Part shown: in pieces, positions 46,643 to 54,941 of the stretch
How the letters are laid out: each line of letters begins with the position of its first letter
Position numbering within the stretch: position 1 is the stretch's first letter
Assembly (NCBI GenBank): GCA_035708065.1
Contig: DASSTC010000029.1
Location: 7,959 to 71,958 of the forward strand
Length of the DNA stretch: 64,000 bases
Direction of reading: 5' to 3'
Source of the DNA: Candidatus Limnocylindria bacterium
GTDB lineage: Bacteria; Chloroflexota; Limnocylindria; QHBO01
Notes under the pieces: generated by a model
Databases searched by the model: none
The model's input: the letters and a program-made list of their open reading frames with translations, nothing else
Told to the model about the DNA's origin: nothing
Made by a program: the position numbers and the translations under genes

Positions 46643-47250
46643 TGAGCGTCTACCGGCCCAGCCGCCAGCAGGGCGTCTTCGAGCGGCCGATCGCCTTCGC
46701 CGACGACTTCATGAACTGGATGCTGTACGGCAAGGAGACCTGGCTCGTCGCGCTGCTCAAGGGCGTGCCGCTGTTCATCTACGTCTACTTCCTGCTGACG
46801 TACGTGCCGAACTACGTCTACTACCTCGTGACGCAGTACATCCCCTTCCTGAAGTTCAGCGAGGACGTCGGCTTCCTGATCGCCATGTCGGTAGCCGGCG
46901 GCAACTTCGTGGTGCTCATCATCCTGGCGCTGTGGACCCAGGGCGCTCGCGGCCGCCGCGGCTTCGCGTGGAGCCTGATCCGCATCCTCGACCTGCTGCA
47001 GTACGTCGGCATCGTGCTGCTGCTCAGCCCGCTGCTGCTCTTCAACCTCGGTGGGGGAACGTTCGTGCCGACCACGCCGGCACAGGCCGAGAACCCGTTC
47101 CCGCTCCAGGCGCTGGTCCTCGGCGCGATCGGCTTCGTCATCGGGCTTGCGGCGCTCGGCTACATGTACCTCGAGTACCGGCGCGTCACCGCGAGCGACG
47201 CGCGGGCGGCGGAGGCGGCCTCCCGCTCCGCGGCGCTCACCACCGGCTGA
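46642..47250 (+). CDS. Polytopic membrane protein, possible accessory subunit of the bc complex
   Basis: 202 aa from a GTG that overlaps the cytochrome c stop by 1 nt, with ~4 TM. No family recognised. Confidence 0.5.
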   Translation: MSVYRPSRQQGVFERPIAFADDFMNWMLYGKETWLVALLKGVPLFIYVYFLLTYVPNYVYYLVTQYIPFLKFSEDVGFLIAMSVAGGNFVVLIILALWTQGARGRRGFAWSLIRILDLLQYVGIVLLLSPLLLFNLGGGTFVPTTPAQAENPFPLQALVLGAIGFVIGLAALGYMYLEYRRVTASDARAAEAASRSAALTTG

Positions 47251-47600
47251 TCGCACCCGACGTCCGGCGGCTCCTGGCGGCACACCTCACCTGGTCGGCG
47301 CTGGTCGTCGCCGGCGTGGCGCTCCTGCTGTGGACCGATGCCTCCGCCGCGTGTCCGCCGGGCGGTCCGCTCGATTTCGGCGACTGCGCGGCGATCCGTC
47401 CGTTCGTGATCGGGATCGGCGTCACCGCGTCCGCGCTCTACGTCGTCGGGCTGTCGGCAGTGCTGTGGTGGGTTGCCGGGTTGCGTGCCCGTCGCGTGGC
47501 CGATGCACGCGCCGCGCGCGACTGGTATCTGCTCGCTGCGGGCATCGGTCTGGCGATTGCACCGTTGCTGGCATTCACGCTGCTCTCCGCCCTTCGCTAG
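47247..47600 (+). CDS. Small membrane protein (start uncertain)
   Basis: The C-terminal ~115 aa of the frame show 3 hydrophobic segments. There is no in-frame ATG; candidate starts are CTG 47247 or GTG 47316. Confidence 0.3.
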   Translation: MIAPDVRRLLAAHLTWSALVVAGVALLLWTDASAACPPGGPLDFGDCAAIRPFVIGIGVTASALYVVGLSAVLWWVAGLRARRVADARAARDWYLLAAGIGLAIAPLLAFTLLSALR

Positions 47601-47625
47601 CATTGGACCCACTGGAGGCCGATTC

Positions 47626-49089
47626 ATGACGTTCCGCTCAGCCGACGACCTGCGCAACCGCCTCTCGGGGATCGCCCGCATCGACGGGGAGCGCCTCGAG
47701 ATCAGCGACGAGGCGCGGCTGCGCGACGAGCTCATGGACGAGCTGGTCTTCGAGGCGGTGTTCAACGACGACGCCGCGCTGCGCGATGCCTGCCGCTGGG
47801 TGATCTGGTCCGCCAGCCAGGCGCTCGGCTCGGGATCGGCGTCGATCCAGGACCTGTACATGGCCCGCGGCCGCGAGGAGTTCGACCCGACCCGGTTCAC
47901 CGTGCCGGCGGTCAACGTGCGGGCGAGCACCTACCTCACCGCGCGGCAGGCGTTCGCCGCCGCGCGCGAGCGTGATGCCGGGACGCTGATCTTCGAGATC
48001 GCCAAGTCGGAGATGGCCTACACCGAGCAGCGACCGGCCGAGTACGCGGCGGTGATCCTTGGCGCCGCCATTCGCGAGCGCTGGCCGGGTCCGGTCTTCC
48101 TGCAGGGCGACCACTTCCAGTTCAACGTCAAGAAGTGGGCCGCCGATCCGAAGGCCGAGATGGAAGGCCTGCGCGACCTCACGCGCGAGGCGATCGCCGC
48201 GGGGTTCTGCAACATCGACATCGACTCGTCGACGCTGGTCGACCTGTCGCTGCCGACCGTTACCGAGCAGCAGCAGGTCAACGCCGACAACACCGCGTCG
48301 CTGACGCAGCTGATCCGCTCGCTCGAGCCGGCCGGGGTGACGATCAGCATCGGCGGCGAGATCGGCGAGGTCGGCAAGGAGAACTCGACGGAAGCTGAGC
48401 TGCGCGCCTACCTCGACGAATACGATCGCCGTCTCGCAGCCGGTGACGGCGGGGCGCCGAGCGGGATCAGCAAGATCAGCGTCCAGACCGGCACCTCGCA
48501 CGGTGGCGTGCCGCTGCCGGACGGCAGCATGGCGCCGGTGAGCATCGACTTCGACACGCTGCGCCGCCTCTCCGCGCTGGCGCGTCACGAGTACGGGCTC
48601 GCCGGCTGTGTGCAGCACGGTGCCTCGACGCTGCCGGACGAGGCGTTCCACCACTTCCCGGCGAACGGCACGGCCGAGATCCACCTGGCGACCGGGTTCC
48701 AGAACATCCTGTACGACGCCGGCGGCCTGCCCGCCGAGCTGAAGGCCGAGATGATGGCCTGGTGCCGCGACAACCTCGCCGACGAGCGGACGCCGGGGCA
48801 GACCGACGAGCAGTTCCTCTACAAGACGCGCAAGAAGGCGATCGGACCGTTCAAGCGCCAGCTGTGGACCTTGCCCGATGCGGCCGCTGCCGAGATCGCC
48901 GGGCACCTGCGCCGTAAGTTTGACCAGCTGTTCGACGAGCTCGGCATCGCCGGCAACCGCTCGTTGGTCGAGCGCTACGTCGAGGCGCCCGACCTGCCGC
49001 GGCCGCTGCCCCCGGCCCTGGGCGGCCAGGAGCGCACGGCGGTCGCCGCCGGTGCGTCGGTCTTCGAGGGAGACGAGTCGGGGGAGTAG
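47626..49089 (+). CDS. Class II (metal-dependent) ketose-bisphosphate aldolase family protein, long form
   Basis: 487 aa from ATG 47626 (GGAGG upstream). Metal/active-site contexts FLQGDHFQ, QTGTSHGG and CVQHGAST. Confidence 0.7.
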   Translation: MTFRSADDLRNRLSGIARIDGERLEISDEARLRDELMDELVFEAVFNDDAALRDACRWVIWSASQALGSGSASIQDLYMARGREEFDPTRFTVPAVNVRASTYLTARQAFAAARERDAGTLIFEIAKSEMAYTEQRPAEYAAVILGAAIRERWPGPVFLQGDHFQFNVKKWAADPKAEMEGLRDLTREAIAAGFCNIDIDSSTLVDLSLPTVTEQQQVNADNTASLTQLIRSLEPAGVTISIGGEIGEVGKENSTEAELRAYLDEYDRRLAAGDGGAPSGISKISVQTGTSHGGVPLPDGSMAPVSIDFDTLRRLSALARHEYGLAGCVQHGASTLPDEAFHHFPANGTAEIHLATGFQNILYDAGGLPAELKAEMMAWCRDNLADERTPGQTDEQFLYKTRKKAIGPFKRQLWTLPDAAAAEIAGHLRRKFDQLFDELGIAGNRSLVERYVEAPDLPRPLPPALGGQERTAVAAGASVFEGDESGE

Positions 49090-49098
49090 GGTCCGCGG

Positions 49099-49782
49099 TC
49101 AGCGCAGGAAGCGCGTGAGGCCGAGCATCCGCCGGGCCGACTTCGGCGATAGTCGCGACACCGCCTGCACGCCGTCGATGACGTCGTCGACCGGCATCTC
49201 GTCGAGCAGCTTCCATAGCCGCTCCACCGTCGCGTCGTCGATCCGCCCGACCACCTCGAACAGCCGGGCGATCGAGCGCGGGCTGGCGTGGACCACGTCG
49301 CCGACGCCGCGGTCGAACAGCTGGACGAAGCTGAGCAGGCCGCGCAGCCGGCGCGTCAGGTCATCCAGCTCCGCATCGTCGCCCGCTGCCTCCGCCAGCC
49401 GGACGCAGCGCTCGATGGCCGGGATGACGGGCCGCGTCTCGCGCTCGCGCCTCGCTCGAGCCACGCGGCGGAACCACTCCCAGTGGTCGCCGACCACGAC
49501 ATAGGCCACCGCCGCGGGACCGCGCCGGCCCGACCTTCGCGGCTCGGCTCGCTCCAGGACGCCCCACTCCTCGCACTGCCGCAGCGCGACGCTGGTGGCA
49601 CGGTGGCTCAGTCCCAGTGCGCGGCGGATCTCCGGCTCGGTCAGCGGTTCCGGGTGGACGAGCAGGTAGCCCTGCACCGCGGCGGTCGACGGCGCGACGC
49701 CCCACGCCGCGCCGATCTCGCCCCAGGCCGCCGCGAACGCGCGTCGGATCTGCTCGGCGGTCGCCGGCGGGCTGGCGTTCAT
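49099..49782 (-). CDS. GbsR/MarR-family transcriptional regulator
   Basis: The wHTH segment (QGYLLVHPEPLTEPEIRRALGLSHRATSVALRQCEEWGVLERA) resembles GbsR-type regulators. Start set at ATG 49782. Confidence 0.65.
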   Translation of the reverse strand: MNASPPATAEQIRRAFAAAWGEIGAAWGVAPSTAAVQGYLLVHPEPLTEPEIRRALGLSHRATSVALRQCEEWGVLERAEPRRSGRRGPAAVAYVVVGDHWEWFRRVARARRERETRPVIPAIERCVRLAEAAGDDAELDDLTRRLRGLLSFVQLFDRGVGDVVHASPRSIARLFEVVGRIDDATVERLWKLLDEMPVDDVIDGVQAVSRLSPKSARRMLGLTRFLR

Positions 49783-49835
49783 GCTCCTCGACACTAGCAC
49801 ACGAGCGCGGCCGCTCCCGTTGCCCGGCAGGGCGT

Positions 49836-50957
49836 TCAGCCGAAGATGCGCGGCAGGCGGCCGTTGAGGCGCACGCCGATCTCCTGCGGGATCGTGCCGG
49901 CCGCTGCGGCCATCTGCTCGATGCTGATCGCCCGATCGCCGTCACGCCCGAGCAGGGTGAAGACGTCGTTCGGCCCGATCCCCGGCAGGCCGGTGACGTC
50001 GACCACCAGCGAGTCCATGCTGATCCGGCCGACGATCGGCACCGCCTGGCCGTGCACCAGCGCGGACCCATGGCCGTTGCCAAGCGTGCGCGCGATGCCG
50101 TCGGCATAGCCGAGTGGCAGGGTGGCCAGGCGTGACTCGGCAGCGGTGACGAAGGTGCCGCCGTAACCGACGGGCGTTCCGGCGGGCACGTCGACCAGGC
50201 GGACGGGCCGCGCGCGCACCGCCATCGCCGGCCGCAGCACGATCGGGGAGCTGCGCCCGGCGGCGCTGAACTCGTCGGGAATCGCGCCGTAGAGCGCCAT
50301 GCCGGGTCGCACCACGTCCTCGTCGGCCACCGCTCGCGAGAGGATTGCCGCGGACGCCGATGCGTGACGCTCGCCGTGCACACCGACCGCAGCGAGTGCC
50401 GCGACCGCCTGCCCGAAGGCCTCACGCTGGCCGGCCGCGGACGCGGCATCCGCGCCGTCGCGCAGATGGGTCCAGATGCCGGTGATCCACGGCGTCGCAT
50501 CGCGCAGGTCGGCTTCGACGGCCGGGATCTCGGCGACCGGGATGCCCTGGCGGGTCATGCCGGTGTCGATCTTGAGGTGCACGTAGCGGCGGCGCCGAGC
50601 GCCCGCGGTCAGCGCCCGAAGCGCGGCAACGCTTCCCGCCGAGAGCTCCAGCTTGGCGGCCGCCGCGTCGACCACCGCATCGGGCGGGATGTCGTACAGC
50701 ACCAGGATGCGGCCGTCGATCCCGGCGTCGCGCAGGGCCAGCGCCTCGTCGAGGGTCGCCACGCCGAAGCGGTCGACACCCGCACGCTGCAGCGCCAGCG
50801 AGACGGGGATCGCGCCGTGGCCGTAGGCATCGGCCTTCACGACGGCCATCAGCGGGACGGAGGCGGGCAGCAGCGAGCCGAGCGCCGCGGCATTGGCCAC
50901 GACGGCATCGAGGTCGACCTCGATCCAGGCTCGTCGATGGGTGGGCAGAATCGGCAT
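49836..50957 (-). CDS. alr: Alanine racemase
   Basis: 373 aa from MPILPTHRRAWIEVDL, with the PLP-Lys motif VVKADAYGHG and the C-terminal GRISMD motif. The upstream 335 aa of the ORF are antisense to lacI and artefactual. Confidence 0.9.
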   Translation of the reverse strand: MPILPTHRRAWIEVDLDAVVANAAALGSLLPASVPLMAVVKADAYGHGAIPVSLALQRAGVDRFGVATLDEALALRDAGIDGRILVLYDIPPDAVVDAAAAKLELSAGSVAALRALTAGARRRRYVHLKIDTGMTRQGIPVAEIPAVEADLRDATPWITGIWTHLRDGADAASAAGQREAFGQAVAALAAVGVHGERHASASAAILSRAVADEDVVRPGMALYGAIPDEFSAAGRSSPIVLRPAMAVRARPVRLVDVPAGTPVGYGGTFVTAAESRLATLPLGYADGIARTLGNGHGSALVHGQAVPIVGRISMDSLVVDVTGLPGIGPNDVFTLLGRDGDRAISIEQMAAAAGTIPQEIGVRLNGRLPRIFG

Positions 50958-51022
50958 CGGAATCGGTCGAACGGACGAACGGGGTTGACGTGGGCGAACG
51001 GCTGTCGGTACTGTAGCAGCGC

Positions 51023-51040
51023 GTAGCAAACCTTTTCTAC
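51023..51040. promoter_or_regulatory. Candidate LacI-family operator (imperfect palindrome GTAGCAAACCTTTTCTAC)
   Basis: 14/18 self-complementary and AT-rich. It lies between a TTGACG-N18-TACTGT promoter-like pair (50985-51014) and the regulator GTG at 51051. Confidence 0.35.
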
Positions 51041-51050
51041 GAGGGACCGC

Positions 51051-52145
51051 GTGGCATCGATCACCGATGTGGCGAGGCTCGCCGGCGTATCGCCGGCAAC
51101 CGTTTCGCGCGTGCTGTCGTCGGCCCACTACGCCGTGAGCCCCGCGACCCGCGAGCGGGTGCTCGAGGCCGCGCGGACGCTCGACTTCGTGCCGAATGCC
51201 CTCGCCCGCGGCCTCCTGAAGAGCTACGTGCCGGTGGTCGGCGTGATCGTGCACGACATCACCGACCCGTATTTCGCCGATGTGGTGCGGGGCGTCGAGG
51301 ACGCGGCGGCAGCCGGGAATTACCTGGTCATCACCTGCAGCTCGGATCGCATTGCCGAACGTGAGAACTCGTACGTCCGTCTGCTGCGCTCGATGCGCGC
51401 GTCGACGCTGATCTTCGCCGGCTCGGGCCTCGACGACCCGGCCCTCAACCAGGAGGTTCGAAAGCACATCGCCGCCATGCGCGCGTACGGCGCCGCGGTC
51501 GTGCATCTCTCCCCGCACCCGTTCGGTGATCCCGAGGTGAGCGTGGACAACGCCCGCGGCATGACGCGCATCGTCGAGGCGCTCATTGCGCTCGGGCACC
51601 AGCGCATCGCCTTCCTGCCCGGACCGTCGACGCTGTACGTCGGCCGGCACCGTCACGAGGGATACAAGCAGGCGCTGACCAATGCCGGCATCGCCTACGA
51701 CCCGCGTCTGGTGGTGAGCACCTCGTTCAACCGCGAGGGCGGTGTCGAAGCGGTCGACCGGCTGCTCGCCGGCGACGCGCCGTTCACGGCGGTCTGTGCG
51801 GCGAATGATCTGATGGCGCTCGGCGCTCTGCAGCGCTTCGCCGAGCTCGGCATCGGCGTGCCCGAGGCGGTCTCGGTGACCGGCTTCGACGATATCCGCA
51901 TGGCCTCGATGGTGGCGCCGAGCCTGTCGACGGTCCGGCTGCCGCTGTACGACCTCGGTCACCGAGGCTTCGAATTCGCCGAGAAGCTGCTGGCCGGCAG
52001 CCGGCCTCGGCGCCAGACGCTGCCGACCGAGGTGGTGATGCGCAACTCGACCGCTCGTGCCCCGGCGGCAGCCCTGCCCGGCGCCTTCCGGCGCGGTGCC
52101 ACGGCCGTCCCCGAGGCTGCGGCTTCCATGGCGGCCCGAGCATGA
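51051..52145 (+). CDS. LacI-family transcriptional regulator
   Basis: N-terminal HTH (ITDVARLAGVSPATVSRVLS) and a periplasmic-binding-protein-like core. The stop overlaps the next ATG. Confidence 0.9.
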   Translation: MASITDVARLAGVSPATVSRVLSSAHYAVSPATRERVLEAARTLDFVPNALARGLLKSYVPVVGVIVHDITDPYFADVVRGVEDAAAAGNYLVITCSSDRIAERENSYVRLLRSMRASTLIFAGSGLDDPALNQEVRKHIAAMRAYGAAVVHLSPHPFGDPEVSVDNARGMTRIVEALIALGHQRIAFLPGPSTLYVGRHRHEGYKQALTNAGIAYDPRLVVSTSFNREGGVEAVDRLLAGDAPFTAVCAANDLMALGALQRFAELGIGVPEAVSVTGFDDIRMASMVAPSLSTVRLPLYDLGHRGFEFAEKLLAGSRPRRQTLPTEVVMRNSTARAPAAALPGAFRRGATAVPEAAASMAARA

Positions 52146-52957
52146 CGACGGGCGTGGCCGCAGTCCCGGCCGTCGAGCGCGGCTCCGCGCAGATCACGCT
52201 GCGCGGCGCCGCCAAGCGGTACCGGTCGCCGCATGGCGGCAGCCAGGAGGCGCTTGCATCGGTCGACCTCGAGATTCCGCGCGGCCAGTTCGTATCGCTG
52301 CTCGGCCCCTCGGGCTGTGGGAAGACCACGCTGCTCAAGATCATCGGCGGGCTGGTGGAACGCAGCTCCGGTGAGCTGCAGATCGACGGCGAACCGGTGC
52401 AGGCCGCGTTGAAGCAGCGCAAGTTCGGCTTCGTCTTCCAGGACGCCACGCTCCTGCCCTGGAAGAACGTGATCGACAATGCCAGCCTGCTGCTCGACAT
52501 CACCCGGCAGCGGGAGGGCCACGATCGCGTACGCGACCTGCTGGCGATGGTCGGCCTGACCGGCTTCGAGGAGTTCTACCCCGCGCAGCTGTCGGGCGGC
52601 ATGAAGCAACGGGTCTCCCTGGCGCGCGCGCTGGCGCTCGGCCCCGAGATCCTGCTCATGGACGAGCCGTTCGCCGCGCTCGACGCGATCACCCGTGACC
52701 GAATGGGCGAGGAGCTGCTCAAGATCCTGGACGGCAGTCGCACGGTCGTGTTCGTCACGCACTCCATCCCGGAGGCGGTGCTGCTCTCGGATCGGGTGGT
52801 GGTGATGTCCGCGCGGCCGGGGCGGGTCGTCGCCGACATCCCGATCGAGCTGCCGCGACCCCGTTCGGGCGAGATCCGGCGCAGCCCGGCGTTCAGCGAG
52901 TACGAGTACCAGCTGCGCAGCTACATCGAGGACGGGCCGGAGGGCCACCGTGGCTGA
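52142..52957 (+). CDS. ABC transporter ATP-binding protein (NitT/TauT family)
   Basis: Walker A GPSGCGKTT, signature LSGGMKQRV and Walker B LLMDEP. Confidence 0.9.
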   Translation: MTTGVAAVPAVERGSAQITLRGAAKRYRSPHGGSQEALASVDLEIPRGQFVSLLGPSGCGKTTLLKIIGGLVERSSGELQIDGEPVQAALKQRKFGFVFQDATLLPWKNVIDNASLLLDITRQREGHDRVRDLLAMVGLTGFEEFYPAQLSGGMKQRVSLARALALGPEILLMDEPFAALDAITRDRMGEELLKILDGSRTVVFVTHSIPEAVLLSDRVVVMSARPGRVVADIPIELPRPRSGEIRRSPAFSEYEYQLRSYIEDGPEGHRG

Positions 52958-53798
52958 GCGGCTGACCGCGGCACCACGGGCCGAAGGCTCCGCCCTGGCG
53001 GGCGTCGAAGGCCGTCGGGCATCCGCCTCGTCGCGCGCGATGCAGCGCCTCTTGCCGGCCGCGTTCCTCCTGGCGCTGATCGTGATCTGGGAGATCGTTG
53101 CGCGCTTTGGCAGCGTCCCGGTCTACATCCTCCCCGCGCCCACGGCGATCGCCGAACGGCTGGTCCGGTCGTGGTCGAACCTCTGGGACGCGACCCTGAT
53201 CACGACCAGCGAGGTGCTCATCGGCTTTGCGATCGGCGTCGTGCTCGGCATTGCGCTGGCCATCCCGATCGCCTATTCGCGGCTGGTGCGCAACACGCTC
53301 TATCCGCTGATCGTCGCCTCACAGGCCGTGCCCAAGATCGCCATCGCGCCACTGCTGGTGCTGTGGCTCGGCTTCGAGATCTGGCCGAAGATCGCCGTCA
53401 CCGCGCTGATGGTCTTCTTCCCGGTGACGGTGACCGCCGCCGAGGGCTTCGCATCGGTCGATCGCAACCTGCTCGACCTGCTGCGATCGGTGAACGCGAC
53501 GCCCGCCCAGATCTTCTTCCGCATCCGATTCCCGCACGCGCTGCCGCACATCTTCAGCGGCCTGAAGGTCGGCATCACGCTGGCGGTCGTCGGCGCCGTG
53601 GTCGGCGAGTGGGTCGGCGCCGACAGCGGGCTCGGGTACCTGCTCACCTACGCGAACACGCTGCTCGACTCGACGCTGCTGTTCGCCGCGCTCTTCCTGC
53701 TCATCGTCCTGGGCGTCGTGCTGTTCATCATCGTCGATCTCGCCGAGCGGGTGCTGCTGCCGTGGCACCACGACGACTCGGTCGCCCTCGGCAACTGA
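52950..53798 (+). CDS. ABC transporter permease (NitT/TauT family)
   Basis: 282 aa, 6 TM, with an EAA-like loop (AAEGFASVDRNLLDLLRSVNATPAQIF). Confidence 0.85.
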   Translation: MAERLTAAPRAEGSALAGVEGRRASASSRAMQRLLPAAFLLALIVIWEIVARFGSVPVYILPAPTAIAERLVRSWSNLWDATLITTSEVLIGFAIGVVLGIALAIPIAYSRLVRNTLYPLIVASQAVPKIAIAPLLVLWLGFEIWPKIAVTALMVFFPVTVTAAEGFASVDRNLLDLLRSVNATPAQIFFRIRFPHALPHIFSGLKVGITLAVVGAVVGEWVGADSGLGYLLTYANTLLDSTLLFAALFLLIVLGVVLFIIVDLAERVLLPWHHDDSVALGN

Positions 53799-53864
53799 CC
53801 TCGCGTCCCATTCGGGAGTAGTCGTTCAATCGTTGGCAACCAAGGATGGAGGAAACTGGAGATC

Positions 53865-54908
53865 ATGAAAACGATTCCACGGCGACGCGGCACCGGACTG
53901 GCGGCGGTACTGGCAGCGACGCTGCTGCTCGCCGCCTGCAGCAACAGCGGCTCGTCGCCAAGCGCGACAGCCGCCAGCGGCGGCGCGTCGGGGACCGCTG
54001 CCCCGACGGCCCCGGCCGAGCTTACGAAGGTCCAGTTCAGGCTCAACTGGGTGCTTGCCGGCAATCACGCCCCGTTCTACCTGGCGCAGAAGGAAGGCTT
54101 CTGGAAGGCATGCGGACTCGACGTGTCGATGGCGGCGGGCAAGGGCTCCGGCGACACCGCGCAGCTGGTCGCCAACGGCTCCCAGCAGTTCGGCCTGACC
54201 GATGCGGTATCGATCGCAGCCGGTCGCACCAAGGGCCTGCAGGTCAAGTCGCTGGGCGTCCTGTACCAGACCAATCCGGCATCCATCGTCTCGTACAAGA
54301 AGACGAACCTCACCACCCTGGACGACGTCAAGGGCAAGACCTGGGGCGCCGTGCCGGGCGGCTCGCCGTACCTGCTCCTCAAGGCGCTCTTCAAGGAGAA
54401 GGGCATCGCCGACTCGGACTACCGCGAGGTCAGCGTGCCGGCGCCCGGCATCGCCCAGCTCAAGGCGGGCCAGGTGGACTTCATCACCTTCTTCGCCAAT
54501 GAGGCGGCGAATATCGATCCCGATCCCAAGGCCAACCTGAACGTGCTGCCCTTCAAGGACTTCGGGCAGGACATCTATGGCCTGGCGATCGCCAGCAACG
54601 ACAGCTACATCAAGAGCAATCCGCAGCAGGTCCAGTGCTTCGTCGACGGTGTGAAGAAGGGCCTGGACGCGGCGAAGGCCGATCCGGATGCGGCGCTCGC
54701 GGCGCTGTACGAGGCGGCTCCCGAGACGGAGGAGAAGGCAGACGCGATGCGCGCCCTGCTTGACGGCGTCTACGAGTACGCCGGCTCCACGTTCCTGGAG
54801 CAGAACGCCGAGAAGTGGGATGCGACCCAGAAGGTGCTCGCCGACGCCGGGATCATCGACAAGACGATCGACGCGACAGAGTTCTTCACGGACGAATTCC
54901 TGAAGTAA
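53865..54908 (+). CDS. ABC substrate-binding lipoprotein (NMT1/THI5-like)
   Basis: Lipobox LLLAAC, then the pattern KVQFRLNWVLAGNHAPFYLAQKEGFW, typical of the NMT1/THI5/SsuA-like fold. Confidence 0.8.
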   Translation: MKTIPRRRGTGLAAVLAATLLLAACSNSGSSPSATAASGGASGTAAPTAPAELTKVQFRLNWVLAGNHAPFYLAQKEGFWKACGLDVSMAAGKGSGDTAQLVANGSQQFGLTDAVSIAAGRTKGLQVKSLGVLYQTNPASIVSYKKTNLTTLDDVKGKTWGAVPGGSPYLLLKALFKEKGIADSDYREVSVPAPGIAQLKAGQVDFITFFANEAANIDPDPKANLNVLPFKDFGQDIYGLAIASNDSYIKSNPQQVQCFVDGVKKGLDAAKADPDAALAALYEAAPETEEKADAMRALLDGVYEYAGSTFLEQNAEKWDATQKVLADAGIIDKTIDATEFFTDEFLK

Positions 54909-54941
54909 GCAATCTCCGCTAGACCACTCGAAAGGAGCGGC

